From Sphyrna mokarran (lineage: Eukaryota), in the NCBI GenBank assembly GCA_024679065.1, contig JAGIQG010000009.1, forward strand, positions 99,324,001 through 99,388,000: 64,000 nucleotides of DNA, written 5' to 3'. Shown here piece after piece: positions 1-12,512 of the stretch (positions within the stretch are counted from its first letter, which is position 1; each line of letters begins with the position of its first letter). The position numbers and the translations under genes were made by a program. Under the pieces are notes generated by a model. It worked only from the letters and a program-made list of their open reading frames with translations, ran no database searches and was not told the DNA's origin.

Positions 1-83
1 ATCCAAAGCGAAGAGTCGGGCAGTAGAATTTTGTAACGACCCGTATAAAGGCAAGCACAGGGATGCGCTAAGAGTGGAATTAA

Positions 84-665
84 AAACAAAGAACAAAGAA
101 AATTACAGCGCAGGAACAGTCTTTCAGACCTCCAAGCCTGCACCTACCATGCTGCCCGACTTAACTAAAACCTTCCGCATTTCCGGGCACCAAATCCCAC
201 TATTCTCATCCTATTCATATATTTGTCAAGACGCCCCTTGCAAGTTACCACCGTATCTGCTTCCACTATCTCTCCCGGCAAAGAGTTCCAGGCACCTATC
301 ACCCTCTGTGTAAAAAAAACCCCCTGCCTTTCTCATGTCTTTAAACCTTTCCTCTCACACCTTAAATTTGCGCGCCTTAGTAACTGATTCTTCTAACCTG
401 GGAAAAAGCTTCTGACTATCCTCTTTGTCCATGCCTCTCATAATCTTGCAGACTCCTATCAGGTTGCCCTTCAATCTCCGAAATTCTAGTGAGAACAAAC
501 CAAGTTTCTCCAAACCCTCCTTGTAGATAATGCCCCGCATACCAGCCAACATCCTGGTAAATCTTTTCTGTACCGTCTCGAAAGCGTCCACGTCCTTTCG
601 GCAGTGTGATGACTAGAATTGACCACTATATTCCAAATGTGGCCTAACAAAGATTCTGTCAAGCC
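84..665 (-). mobile_element. CR1/HER1-like LINE, 3' fragment
   Basis: ORF 355..591 (ETVQKRFTRMLAGMRG...LGLFSLEFRRLKGNLI) matches the CR1 ORF2 C-terminus; ACAAAGA-type tail repeat at about 84-100. Confidence 0.85.
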
Positions 666-1328
666 GCAAATTCATCCAATTCTGGAAACTGTTTAAAAAT
701 GCCATCATGCCGTGTGAGAGACAGAGAGAGCAAATACAGTTCACCAGAATGGTTGCAGGAACATGTCTCTTTTGTTAGATTAATAGGTTGCAAAGTAGGA
801 CTACTGTCCTTCGCAAAATGAAAGAACACTTCAGGGGAGGATTCAACATCATTATGTATTTTGATAAAATCGGTAGGGGAACATTTTCCATTGTTGAACA
901 GGCTGGGATAGGGAGGCTATGGCCAGTTGGCAGAAAGAGCCAGAGCTTACTGACTTAAGTTAATGAATCAATGATGACACGTGAGAAAGATAAATAAATA
1001 GGTGGTGTTTGCATCTGCAATTTTCTGCTGGAGACTGTAATGAAGGCAAATTTCTTAGATAAATACAAAAACGAATTGGGTCAAGATCTGAAAGAAAAAA
1101 ACAAAGTCGTGAAAGGTTAGGCAGGATGCGGCAGGAAGTTGGGGTGGTGCTTCGTTGGAGGGCACCACGTCAAATTCCTTTCGCCGTGGGCTAGCACGAG
1201 TAGAACTCTCCTAATTGCTTCACTCTGCTTTAAAAATATTTTGATTCTGTGTTGAAAATTTTACATTTGGCATGTAATATTAATTGATCAGAAATTGTTG
1301 ACTGATGACATTTGAAAGTTTGATCATG

Positions 1329-1334
1329 TTTATT
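1329..1334 (-). terminator. Candidate polyadenylation signal AATAAA for the micro-exon gene
   Basis: tttatt on + strand; first canonical hexamer seen downstream of the stop, implying a 3' UTR of about 0.9 kb. Confidence 0.35.
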
Positions 1335-1744
1335 TCTTTAACTGGAAAACTGCTCTTAGACGGTTGCGATATCCAGATGAATCTAAATTTGCTCAACTAG
1401 GTCAATATATTTTCCTTGTATCACTATATTAATCAGTATAGACAAAAGGCAGATAATTAGAGTTGTGGAGAATATAAGTTGTTGTTGGATTCTATGGCTA
1501 AACAGCGTATAACACCCCAGTGATCTATTCCTACTCCGATCTCCCTTTCGGTATTTCATTGTTCCTTGCAGTTTTTTGACGAAAATTCGTGTGTTCCATT
1601 CCAGGCAACTACTGAGTCCACTTTCTGGTGATCAATGTGTCTACGTTAGTCAGATTTGCAAAAGGCCTCCGAGACTGATTGACTCATTGACCAGTTGAAA
1701 ATCATTTACATATTCTGCATGCAATTACTGCAACAAACAGCTAC

Positions 1745-1840
1745 TCCTGGGTAAGATACTCTTTCTGTGAGTTGGTGCAGACGTGATGGACCGAATTGCA
1801 GCCTTCTGCACTGTCGGGCTTCTATGGCTATATGATTCTA
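1745..1840 (+). mobile_element. HE1-type SINE/HER1 3' tail fragment
   Basis: ggtgcagacgtgatggaccgaattgcagccttctgcactgtcgggcttctatg resembles the tail of full SINE copies in this window. Confidence 0.6.
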
Positions 1841-2196
1841 CAATGTGATACTATTGAACTTCTGAAACAGTTTTACTCAGCGGAACTCTTAGCTAAAGCA
1901 ACAAATTCTTGCTCCACAAATTTCAATTCTATCCTGAAGAATTTTTTGTCTTTCTAAATATGAAAATCCACATAACATCTGCGCTTGTTCATATTACATT
2001 CCATCCTGGAACTAATGCTTACCACAAAGCAACCTACTCTTTGTTGACAGCAACTTATTCATCCTGCTTGTTATTCTCACTTCAGAGCAGTACATATTGT
2101 CGTGACATTCCTCAAATCCAGGATATCAAGCTCGGATGGTCGATATTAATTTTTTGAGAATCAGAGCATTACGATCATTGCGCAGAACACATCTCT

Positions 2197-2210
2197 CTAG
2201 TTATGCTCTG
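2197..2210 (-). CDS. Putative terminal coding exon: (A)EHN-stop
   Basis: tatgtttttattgcag|CAGAGCATAACTAG; the phase-1 reading reaches TAG after 4 codons; no further convincing micro-exon seen downstream. Confidence 0.6.
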
Positions 2211-2366
2211 CTGCAATAAAAACATAACTTAGTTGCTTCTAACTTTGATTATTAAATTAATGGCGAAGTCCAATAAAAAAAGGAAGTTGTTGTGCATCTG
2301 CTCGTGCATTTACTTAAGCTGTTCCAGAACAACAAAACATATACGAATGTAAACTCGATATGTTAC

Positions 2367-2390
2367 CTGATTCACGAACTTTGATTAGTT
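2367..2390 (-). CDS. Micro-exon 29 (24 nt): (E)LIKVRES
   Basis: tttctcttttcag|AACTAATCAAAGTTCGTGAATCAG|gtaaca. Confidence 0.87.
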
Positions 2391-2992
2391 CTGAAAAGAG
2401 AAATTAATTTTATTTTGAGTTTTCCGTTTACATTTTTAAAATTAACGTTTCAAGCTGAAACGGCTTTTTAAAAACTGCTTTGGTAAAAAAAACCGTTTCA
2501 ACTGCATATCGATTTTCTATGATTGTTCAACGGCAGAATGAATCTTTTAAGGAGTGAATTGGAATAACTTCATTTGTGCGATTTTCACGCCGTTGATAAA
2601 GGCAGCATTTGTTACTCATCTCCAACTGCACTTGAGAAATGGTGATGGGGGCTCAGATAGAAGGATTGCTCTCTATCTCGGTTAGCATATTTTCCGTGCT
2701 TGTGGAAAGGAAATCCCCAAATTTTGATCCAGCCACAGTAATAGAATAATGGCATGTAAAGATAACAGAAATGTAGGCTACTAAATGTATCTGGCAAATG
2801 CCTTTCCTATTATACTCATCGCAGACTAGCAGCCAAAATTGATTTTTGTTGGGGACACAAATTGGGCATTAGAAGTTGCGTTTCTATCACAGGTTTCATC
2901 ATGCTAGGGTTATTAAATGGACAAAAACAGTGCAAAGGCAGATGGACATCAAGGGAAACAAAGAACATAAATGTCCTTATTCAATTTTTTAC

Positions 2993-3019
2993 CTGCGTCC
3001 TTTTCGCTCAATAGTTTCT
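2993..3019 (-). CDS. Micro-exon 28 (27 nt): (E)KLLSEKDA
   Basis: tctttttttatttggcag|AGAAACTATTGAGCGAAAAGGACGCAG|gtaaaa. Confidence 0.88.
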
Positions 3020-3680
3020 CTGCCAAATAAAAAAAGATAAAAGAAATCATCACGGAGTGGGAACACAGCAGATAACTTCGTGAGCAATTGATTGCTACAA
3101 AAAATAAGGATAACTCTATGAACCTGTTTCAAAATTCAAGAGTTGTGCGCCTACGTTCATATTTAAATTAACGTACATTTTATATCCAGGGACATTTTTA
3201 ATCACAGAACATGTAATCGTTCTTAGTTTGTATAATTCACATGGAGTTTCCATCTCGGAGTTTTACACCGGCAATGAATTTTGTATAATTTCTTACTTAG
3301 TATACGCATGATAGTTTATGTAGTTCAAATAAAATCATATAAGAATAGTTGTGCGGTCAAATGTAACGTGTAATGGCAGATTAAATTCTTCCACGCAGCT
3401 AAAAACAATTTGAAATCATGGGATCGTTTTCAAATTCCAATCGCATGTAACCAGCGTTCACCACAAACCACAAGGTCTTATTTCCAAGTGACAAGAAGAC
3501 GAATGGTGGCCTCATGCTAATTCCCGGAAGTCCTGATGATTGTTTTGAAAACATTCACCTATTTGAGATTCTCACTGCGCCATTACGTATTCAACATAAT
3601 TCGATTTTGGTCAAAACATGTTCATTGTCATGGGCAGTGTAATAATGACATTAAATAGGTAATACTCAATTTAGCCATAC

Positions 3681-3707
3681 CCAGTTTTTGAAGTTTGCTC
3701 TGTAGGT
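3681..3707 (-). CDS. Micro-exon 27 (27 nt): (D)LQSKLQKL
   Basis: ttttttcttttag|ACCTACAGAGCAAACTTCAAAAACTGG|gtatgg. Confidence 0.87.
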
Positions 3708-5779
3708 CTAAAAGAAAAAAAATGGACTGCATGTTCATTATAAGAGCTATAAGAAGTAAAATGAAGAGTCGCAGATGATTGATCCACCAATAGGAAAATT
3801 ATATCAATGATAAAACAGTAATGATCACTCAATAAAAGACAAAATGTATGTTAATTGCAATGAATGTCTTTGAAGATCGCAGTTATATTAAAGGCGGTCG
3901 TCTGTATTTTATGGACTCCCTGTGAAATCACATGCACCAGAATGCTATTTGCAGGTTACAAGGTTCCTACATTTCTATGTAAGTATTTTCAGTACCAACT
4001 TTGCGGTGTTTTTTTCATGGAACCATGTCAGAAAAAATTAGTTTCTATACACTTCAATCAAGTTAAAGTACCTGTCAATGGTGTTTTGTGTGCAGCAACA
4101 ATGAATTCCCAAAACCTAGCATTTTCATTGTGCATCTTTTACCTTAATATTTGCACTGAACAAATATTGTTCGATGGACGATAGGGAAAATCATCATCAT
4201 AATTATTCACACGGCAAATTCTACGTGCTTATTCGTTTATTCCAATAATAGCGATATTTGCCCTTAGTTCATAATGTTACTCTTTCTTATCTTAGATGAG
4301 TGTAATATGTGAATGGCATCCTTTCAACTCACACATAAAAACAACACATACCACAGAAATAAAGTTTCTGGTCAATGGAATAGATTTCTCATATATTGCA
4401 AAATGAATAACATTGTATTGTACATTTTTCAATATTTAGAGTTTTCAATGAAACATAAGAACATAAGAACTAGGAGTAGCAGAATGCCATCTGGCCCCTC
4501 GAACGTGCACAGTATGTGTCAAGAGAATTCAAGTAGATCACACCAGGTCCATGATTCTCGAATGCATATTTTTCATCCATGAATACATAGCACCAAAACT
4601 GCCCTTATTTGTGTAAGTTCTCAGGCCACAACAACACTAACTTTGTTTTCGTCACAATGCACATTGACGTGAGTGCACGATTTCGAATTTTTCATTCCTT
4701 CCTAACATGTGTACTTTGCAACCTTTCTTCACCCCACCAATTCGTCTATTTATTCTCTCACCAGATTTTGTATCTAGCTACACTTTAAATATAATACAAA
4801 ATAAATTATTCAGCTACTCGTTACATAGTTTGCTCGTTGGCATTTAGCCTGCAAGGAACTAGCTATCTAGGCGATGAGTTATTGTCATCCATGAACGTTG
4901 CTCAGTTAGACTAGTTTGGCTGAATGCCCTCCTTTAACATTGAAAATTCTGTTAATTTCTACAAACAGGAATTACTGCAGAGTTCATTCTTCAGATTATC
5001 AATCCGATTACAGGAGCTTCAAGAGATTCAGAGACTCCTTAGAACAGAGATAGAGCGATGTTCCCCGAGAGAGGGTGTATCATTTCGGGAATATTGGAGT
5101 CATTCCTGGAGAAATTGGCCCCTCTACAGGTTGGGATAGTAAAATCTAAACAGAGCTCTGACTGTATGTCTGGCAAGGAGCTAGACTAGTGCTCCTATAG
5201 AAAAAAACTTGGCGAAGATTTAACAATATGAAATGGTGCTAGAGTAGAAAACCCAGATGTGGAGAAAACTGGGAGAGACTGGAAGAAGTATAGTGTCAAA
5301 CAGTAAAGTTTTGATAGAACACATTCGGAAGAAATACAATAAATTCGAAATTTAAGTTATCATGCACTCAATCACTGTGCATAGTGTTGAATACAAAAAT
5401 TCGTATCGTTATGGCCTGGAAAATTGTCTCAAGCAAGGGCCGTTTTCGTGCTAAATATCCATGGATGCAAAACATGCAAACGAAGATAATGGAGCTGGTT
5501 TGAATTACGTGAATGTTGAAAGAAAAGAATAATAAAATTTATAAAATAGCCTTGTGACTAGTGTGAGAATTATCCGAATAAAAATGGATTGTAGGAATAT
5601 AGATGGATGCGACGTTCATCAATTGTAAGGAGAAAAAGAGGAATGCTGAACAGTTGTTCATTGGGCTATTATTAAACTTTTCGTTGCGTCTTAGAGTTCG
5701 AAATTAAACCCCTGTTATTGTTACATATTACTGTCGAACGCCTTGGCATGCAGGCCACACTGAATGTTCGAAGATGTCA

Positions 5780-6400
5780 CGAGTAGTGGACGAAATCATA
5801 GAACTATAGAGTCTTAGATTCAGACAGTGCAGTAAAGATCCTTCGTCCCATCGAGATCCAAGCGAGAAATATTTGAAATTCTGCCTATTCCCACTTAGCT
5901 GCACTTGGCTAATTGACTTGAATGTTACGACGTGCGAAGTGATCATCCAGATATTTCTTAAAGGATAGGAGGCAACCTTCCCAGGTAACGCATGTCAGTC
6001 TGTCACAAGCCGCTTCCTCATAAATGTTCTGTCCTCATCTTGAGCATGTGTCCCTTTGTGACAGACCCTTCAACAGTTGCTGCTTCCCACACTTTATATG
6101 TTTCTCATAATCTTGCACATCTCAATCAGATCGCCCCTCAGCCTTCTGTGCTCCAACGAAAACAAACCAAGCCTATGCAAACACTCTTCAGAAATCAAAT
6201 GTTCCTTCCAAGGCAGCAACCTGACGAATATCGTCTGCAACCCCTTCAGTGCAATCACATCTTTCCTGTAATGTGGCGACCAGAAATGCACACAGTACTC
6301 TAGCTGTAGCCCAACCAAAGTTCTCTACAACTCCAAGATGACTTCGGTGCTTTTGTAATATATTCCTCGATCGACAAAGGCACATATTCCTTATGCGTTG
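5780..6400 (-). mobile_element. CR1-like LINE, 3' fragment
   Basis: ORF 6094..6318 LEYCVHFWSPHYRKDVIAL...[17 protein letters not shown]. Confidence 0.85.
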
Positions 6401-6539
6401 GAAGGAGAGCGAATTGTGAGAACGACTGCATTACCATTCTGAAGGATTACTGATCGATAAAATGGGTACATAAGCGGCGGGTAAAATAATTAAGAGGCGT
6501 GCAAGAACAACAGTACGAGGAATTATATAATTAAGAGTA

Positions 6540-7220
6540 CAATACAAAAGAAGGAACATGAGCTGAGATCGTAGGATCATATCTGCATGAATTATGCAAA
6601 TAGGGAAGTAGGTTGAGAGAGAGAGAGAAATCAAAAAGCATCCCGAATCCTGTTACGCTTTTTTAAAGAGGCATACAGTGCAAACACAAGGATGTTACAA
6701 GAAATCCGTGTAAAATACAATGCACTAAAAGGAGGATTGTTTCTAGTTTTTAGAAATCATGTGAAGTCATTTAAGTGGGCGCAAAAAATGTTTATAACAA
6801 TGGTTGCAGGGCTGGCGATCATCAGTCACGTGCATAGATTGAAGCGGAAGTGGAGCTATTCGCTATCGAGAAGAGAAGAATGGGAGGATATTTGATAGAG
6901 GCATACAAATTCCTGAAAGGGCTAGGTAGTATATCGTTAAGGTATCAATGATCAAAGGCAAATGATTAAAGTGACTTGTAATAGAAGCAATGGTATCACG
7001 AGAAACGTTTGTACACTGAATGGAGGTGATATAAAATGCTTTGTCTGGGAGATTTGCGGAAGCAAATTTGAACCTTTGCTTTCAAGCGCAAGTTAGATCA
7101 CAATCAGATTGCTGAAATCAATGAAATACGTGGAAAGAACGTTGGCAATCAAACTGGAGAATTTTTCTTGCAGAATGCTGTCGCAGCTTTGACCTGTCAA
7201 ATGCCCCATTCAATGCAATG
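6540..7220 (+). mobile_element. Degraded CR1-like LINE, 3' region
   Basis: Decayed ORF2 C-terminal motifs (ggaggatatttgatagaggcatacaaattcctgaaagggctagg). Confidence 0.6.
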
Positions 7221-7794
7221 AGTATTTGATTCGATTTGAGGCTTGCTTCGAAATAACGTTTGATTCAGGACCTCCTTCGAAGGCAAAATATTAGATGATG
7301 TCAGGCTAGGACTGACGTCGTAAACTCTGCTTAAATGTTAGGCTGGATTATGCAATTTGCCATAAGGTTAATCCTGTTGAAATAGACTCGTAGTGCTTAC
7401 AAGATTTTCCAGGCCTAATTTCGGTAGAAGTGTTACAGTTGCTGTTAGTACAATCTGCAACTCCGCATTAGTTACAGCATTAGCTGTTTTATTTGCCTGT
7501 CACGTGGCAATTTTATTTTATAGCATCCCTGGCTCTTTTTGGTAGGCATTAAGACAACTGTACTTTGAAAGCGTTTCACTTTGCTCAACATTTCCGCACA
7601 TAAATACCGTGAAATATGGTCACACACGGATGTTACAGAGGTGGAATGCAACATACTTTCTGCAGCAAAGAATTCCTTTCATGTAATTAATTTCAAGAGA
7701 TTGTCAGAATTCTCTTCGTGTCTTTTACCTCAATCACCTATAACATTAAATAAGAAGGTTTCACGTAAAATGATTATCACTCAAGATACTTTAC

Positions 7795-7818
7795 CTTTCG
7801 CTTGTTTCACCTTCTCCA
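7795..7818 (-). CDS. Micro-exon 26 (24 nt): (V)EKVKQAK
   Basis: ttgttttcaacttatcag|TGGAGAAGGTGAAACAAGCGAAAG|gtaaag. Confidence 0.85.
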
Positions 7819-7954
7819 CTGATAAGTTGAAAACAAATATGGACTAGAACATGCGAATATGGAGTCCTCGAGAGTCATGAGAATCTTGCACATTATTTCG
7901 TAAGTTTAGCTCTGTACAAATGTGCACAACTGGGAATATCTAATTTCGTGAATT

Positions 7955-8268
7955 CAGTACTGTGGCACTATGGTGTGCACTGATGCCTCATAGTGCCAGA
8001 GGCTCAAGTTCAATTGCGGCCTCAGGTGTCGTTTGTGTAGAGTTTGCACATTCTTCCTATGCCTACAAAGGTTTCCTCTGAGTGTGCTAGTTTCTTCTTG
8101 CAGTCCAAACATCTGGAGGTTAGTTGGATTGGTCATGCTAAATTGCCCTTTAGTTCTATGGAGATTAGCAGGCTGAATTATGGAGATAGGGGCTGGGTCG
8201 AATGTTGTGGTGCAGGTTTGATGTGCCCAATGGCCTATTTCTGCTCTGTAGGATTCTGTGATTCTACA
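7955..8268 (+). mobile_element. HE1/V-SINE-type SINE
   Basis: tRNA-like head, central gtttgcacattcttcc...ggttagttggattggtcatgctaaattgccc, tail tgtaggattctgtgattcta. Confidence 0.8.
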
Positions 8269-8518
8269 ACCTCCACCTACCCCCCACCCCCCGCCTCCCC
8301 ACAACGATTTTCAGAACCCAAGAAAGATGAGGTGCTGCATTGCAAGCGTCCTCGGCAGACGCAGCAATATTGTGAACGGCGCCACCTGCATGAAACACTG
8401 CAGCTTTCGAAGTCATCTTTTTAGAGTCTACAAACTCAATCTTCACGATGTAAGCTCAACTAAATAACACGCCATGTCACCATAAAACAAAATACTACAT
8501 GGTCATTGAGTACTTTAC

Positions 8519-8545
8519 CGAGTTGTTTTCGATATCTTTCGGTTT
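8519..8545 (-). CDS. Micro-exon 25 (27 nt): (E)TERYRKQL
   Basis: ccctttattttag|AAACCGAAAGATATCGAAAACAACTCG|gtaaag. Confidence 0.85.
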
Positions 8546-9054
8546 CTAAAATAAAGGGACGTAACAGAGAAGTTATAACGCGCTAAGGAAAGTTACGGAA
8601 TCATGACTCATAACAGAATTGCGGAATAAAGTTATCATCTGTGGAGAGAGAAACATAATTAACTCTTCAATTCCAAGTGACTTTTTCAAAACTGAGGAGT
8701 GATATATACTTCTCGTCCTTGCGTCATCAGCTAATGGGAGTATGTTTTCCTTGTCTGCCTACAAAATATGTCATAATTTGTACATCACTCTCTCTCTATA
8801 TATATAATCATATATATACATATATTATATGGACCCCAAGCATATTTTGTAGGTAAACCTACCCACTCATGGATCCATTCATTGTAGACCATAAATCCTT
8901 ACTTAAGTATACTGTTCAATCTAGATATTATGCTCTCATGGTAGCACATAAAGCTGTTACTTCTGTCCTTTGTATCCAATGCTTCCTAAATGTTGGCACA
9001 AGGAAGCCTGACAACGGGAAACGAAACTGTCAGACTTGTCCTTTGAGCTCAATC

Positions 9055-9332
9055 ATTTCATTCGGCCCATCAAGTCTGGACAAACTCTCTGACATCATAT
9101 TACCTAGGTCCTATCCACACTTATTTACCCAACTAATCCCCCTACACTATACTCAGAGTTAATTTATAATGAGGCAAAAAGGCACACACATGCATATTGT
9201 TGGACCATAGGAGGAAATCAGAGCAGCTGGAAGAAATCCACGCAGACAGGGGCATAATGTCCAAACTACCCACAGACGGTTAGCGTAGATCACTGGCGCT
9301 GTTACGCTACCCACAGTGAAACCGTGCCAGCC
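9055..9332 (-). mobile_element. Degraded HE1-type SINE
   Basis: Reverse-complement motifs ttcggcccatcaagtctg, ggaggaaatcagagcagctggaagaaatccacgcagacaggg, accgtgcc. Confidence 0.65.
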
Positions 9333-9379
9333 TTTGAAAGGTGAAAGTGAGCTGTCGGCTTTTGATTAGTCATAAGCCC

Positions 9380-11400
9380 TTGGCTAAGGAATATTGTACA
9401 ACCAAGAAATCGAAGACGTAATTGCCGAAGTTTGAGCAGGAACTCCAATATTTGGGTGCGGACTCTCTAAGTGGGACTTCATCTCAATGGGTCTAGTTCC
9501 CCTACAATGAACGTTAAATTCCATCCATTGCGTGAAACCCAAGATTCCATTTGGTTTGTTTGCCACTCGATCAATATATCTTCCGACTTTCAAAGGTCAA
9601 AGAACATTATATTCCAGACCCCTGTCTGCGCTCACTATTTTAAACAATGCCATTAAAGCTTGTTTATTCTTTGCATTTCTACTACTAAAGTGCATAATCT
9701 CACACATGTTAAACTCAATCTATCACTTCGCTATTGTAGTCTGTTGGTATCACACTTGTTTGTCACCTTTCCAAGTTGGGTATCATCGTTAAATGGTGAA
9801 GATTTTCTCTGCATTCCAAAACATTTGCCATGGACCAGTGTTTGCTGCCCTCAATTCAAGTATTTTATCCAATTGGACACCAATCTTATGTTCTCAAGAA
9901 GAAATTTTGTTAATCTTTTATGCAGCACTTTGCTGAAGAATTCCATAAATTCATATAAGATGGTAATGATTACAGTACTTTTATCAACACTGTCTGTTAC
10001 GTCACAAAATATTAAATAGATAAGGCGAGAATTATCTGTCTTTTACATATCCATCCTCGTTACACTTCCTCGAGTTTAAACTCTTCATCAAATATTATTT
10101 CGTAAACCTTAACTAAGGCAGGTATTAAACTAATAGACCTGCGTTTGCTACAACTGACCTGACATTCTTTCGTAATAACACTGTCACGTTTTCCCCTTTC
10201 CGATTCCCTTTCTGCCAGTATGTCATCAGATTCAACGTCAATATACACATTTCAAATGTATGCTAGACTTTCCATATACTTAGCAGCCCAACATATACTC
10301 TTTGTAGGAGGAGGATCTACCCTACCTCTTATTGCATTTTTCGACATTAGGTGTCGTCTGAGTTGAGGTTGTCTTGCCTCCACACTAAAATCGAATTCTG
10401 AAGTGACTGGGGGATCTAATATGCGGGCATGAAGTCCCTGTTATATGTGGGCCAGACAACGTTTGGAGGTGTGAAGCTATGGATGTGTGTAGTGACTGGA
10501 TTTTCATGTGCTCATTATATACGTTTTACTTCACACCACATACTGTTATATTTGGCATGACAGCTGCTTGTAATTGTTTTGTGCCTATTTTTCAGTTTTC
10601 ATTATATTCTTTATCTCAGTCATTGCCCATGCAACAGTGGTCTTGCTTCTATTATCTTTCTCCTTTTTTAAGATATGTCCAGAATATACTTCAATCTTTT
10701 TCTTAAAGTTCACCCATTGCCCATTACTTTTTCTAACTCCACATTTCCATTTTGCCCTGGTTAGATCCCTTCTCATCTAATAGAAATTAACACTCTTCCA
10801 TCATTAAATTATTCCTTGCTCTCCTGCATTATTCGCTTCACCCGCATGAATTGACAATGATTGTTGCCATTTCCCCCGTCAGGATCTTGACCTGTAGAGT
10901 TCTCCATAATTGGAAACTGCAAGCCTCTTTTTACATTTAGAACATACAGTTCTAGGAAGTTAGAAAATCCACCGTTTGGTTGGGTGAATTCAGGACCTGC
11001 TTAATGGTGGTGTACATCGTGACTCTTATAATTCACTAAATTCATTCGTGGAATGTTTTCCGTAATCCGCTTTTTGCACTCCTATATGTCCTTTCCAGGC
11101 CACTCTTGAAATGAAACAACCTTATTCCGATAATCTTATTTCATGGTACTTATTCTTGTTTTCCACCTTTTTCTGCTTGTGCATTTTTCTGTGTCGATTA
11201 GTTGAACCCTCACAGTGGTCACATGCTTTGCGTAGTCATTAATTACTGTCCTGTCGAGGAAGAAAACATTTCTTTCCGAAGAGTTGTCCCCTTTATCAGA
11301 ACAGGCACCTCTGCCTCAAGGATTTAAACCTCTGCCTCCTCCAGTGTCATTCAACGATCCTCCCTAATTTCCCACTTCTATACAGCAATAAGTACCCCAA
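9380..11400 (-). mobile_element. Heavily degraded CR1-like LINE ORF2 remnants with smaller inserts
   Basis: ORF fragments RYIDRVANKPNGILGF and RSISLIPALVKVYEII resemble CR1 RT regions; boundaries approximate. Confidence 0.5.
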
Positions 11401-12476
11401 CATTTACTACCTTTTTGGTCTAACATTTGAAATGTTTTCAATTCAAAAAAGAAGATACAATCATTAGTGGAGTGAAGAATAACACTTGAAATTGGTAGGG
11501 TAGCTTGAAATGGCCAACTATCACAAGGTATTATGGGCATTGAATGAAGAAATAAAGCATAAAATAGGAAGTTTGCCATGAATTATTATAATTTTTCTTC
11601 ATTTTTTCAGCTGGGTCATTATATCCAGCCCTGATAACTAAACATAGGCAGGATACGAGCATAAGGTAGAGGACACCGAAAAGATTTCTGAATCTTTTTC
11701 CTGAAATAAGACATACGGATTGAATGGAAATGTTGGCATACTTTTAAAGAGGATAAAAAAGACATGTGTTGATATATGGTACGGATAGAGCAAATAGTGA
11801 AACATTCTCCCCAGTGGCTGTTGGTCCAAGATCCAGTCGACGCCAATGTTAAAAAAGACAAACAGTAACAGGAAAATTATACACCGATTTGAAAATACAC
11901 TAACAGAGAACGCGGCAGATAATTGTATCATCCATCGCTTGAAAAGCATTGTTTGAAAAGGAAATTGGATAAGCAACTGACAAGAAAGAAATTTCTGGCC
12001 GCCGGGGGAAGGGGAAGTGTTGCAAATCACTTGGAAGGAGGCGAAAGGGACAAAGTGGCAGTGTGAACTATTGTAGTGTTGCAACTTCTCTTTAATTCTA
12101 TGGTTCTAACAGGCTCACATAAATGCTGCAGCCATCCTAGATTAATAGGAATGAACATTCACAACTTCCCACTTTTATTCGCTGTTATGAGATAGATGTG
12201 GTGCACGATGGAAGAACACTTAAACACACTATCTGAAAAATTAGAGATTGACCAATGCACATTAATTCATTCTACTTTTCATTCTGTCTTTTCCAATGCA
12301 GTTCTATGGACTGGTTGGTCACTTTGTGGTGACCAGAAAACGGCTTAGTGAGGCATCGTACATATAACCCAAATCAATCGGCATGATTGTATGCCACATA
12401 TCAAACACAGCCTTCGAATTTGTCAGAGTGCCGAACAGATGTTAAAACGTAAGTAAAAAAGAAATCCACTCCTCAC

Positions 12477-12512
12477 CACTGTTAGCTGATTCTCTCTTGA
12501 CTCTTACTTTTT
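12477..12512 (-). CDS. Micro-exon 24 (36 nt): (E)KVRVKRESANS
   Basis: ctgttatttattttag|AAAAAGTAAGAGTCAAGAGAGAATCAGCTAACAGTG|gtgagg. Confidence 0.83.

Noticed and set aside
2080-2200. Possible decayed B30.2/PRY start (INIDHPSLIS) downstream of the stop
   Set aside because: Only superficial similarity to TLDPxTAHPxL, with multiple stops and no further SPRY motifs.
4825-4848. 24-nt unit ttccttgcag...|gtaacg
   Set aside because: Immediate TAA in phase 1 and a weak donor.
7524-7541. Plus-strand 18-nt exon-like unit (ttttattttatag|CATCCCTGGCTCTTTTTG|gtagg)
   Set aside because: Isolated; I found no coherent plus-strand exon series.
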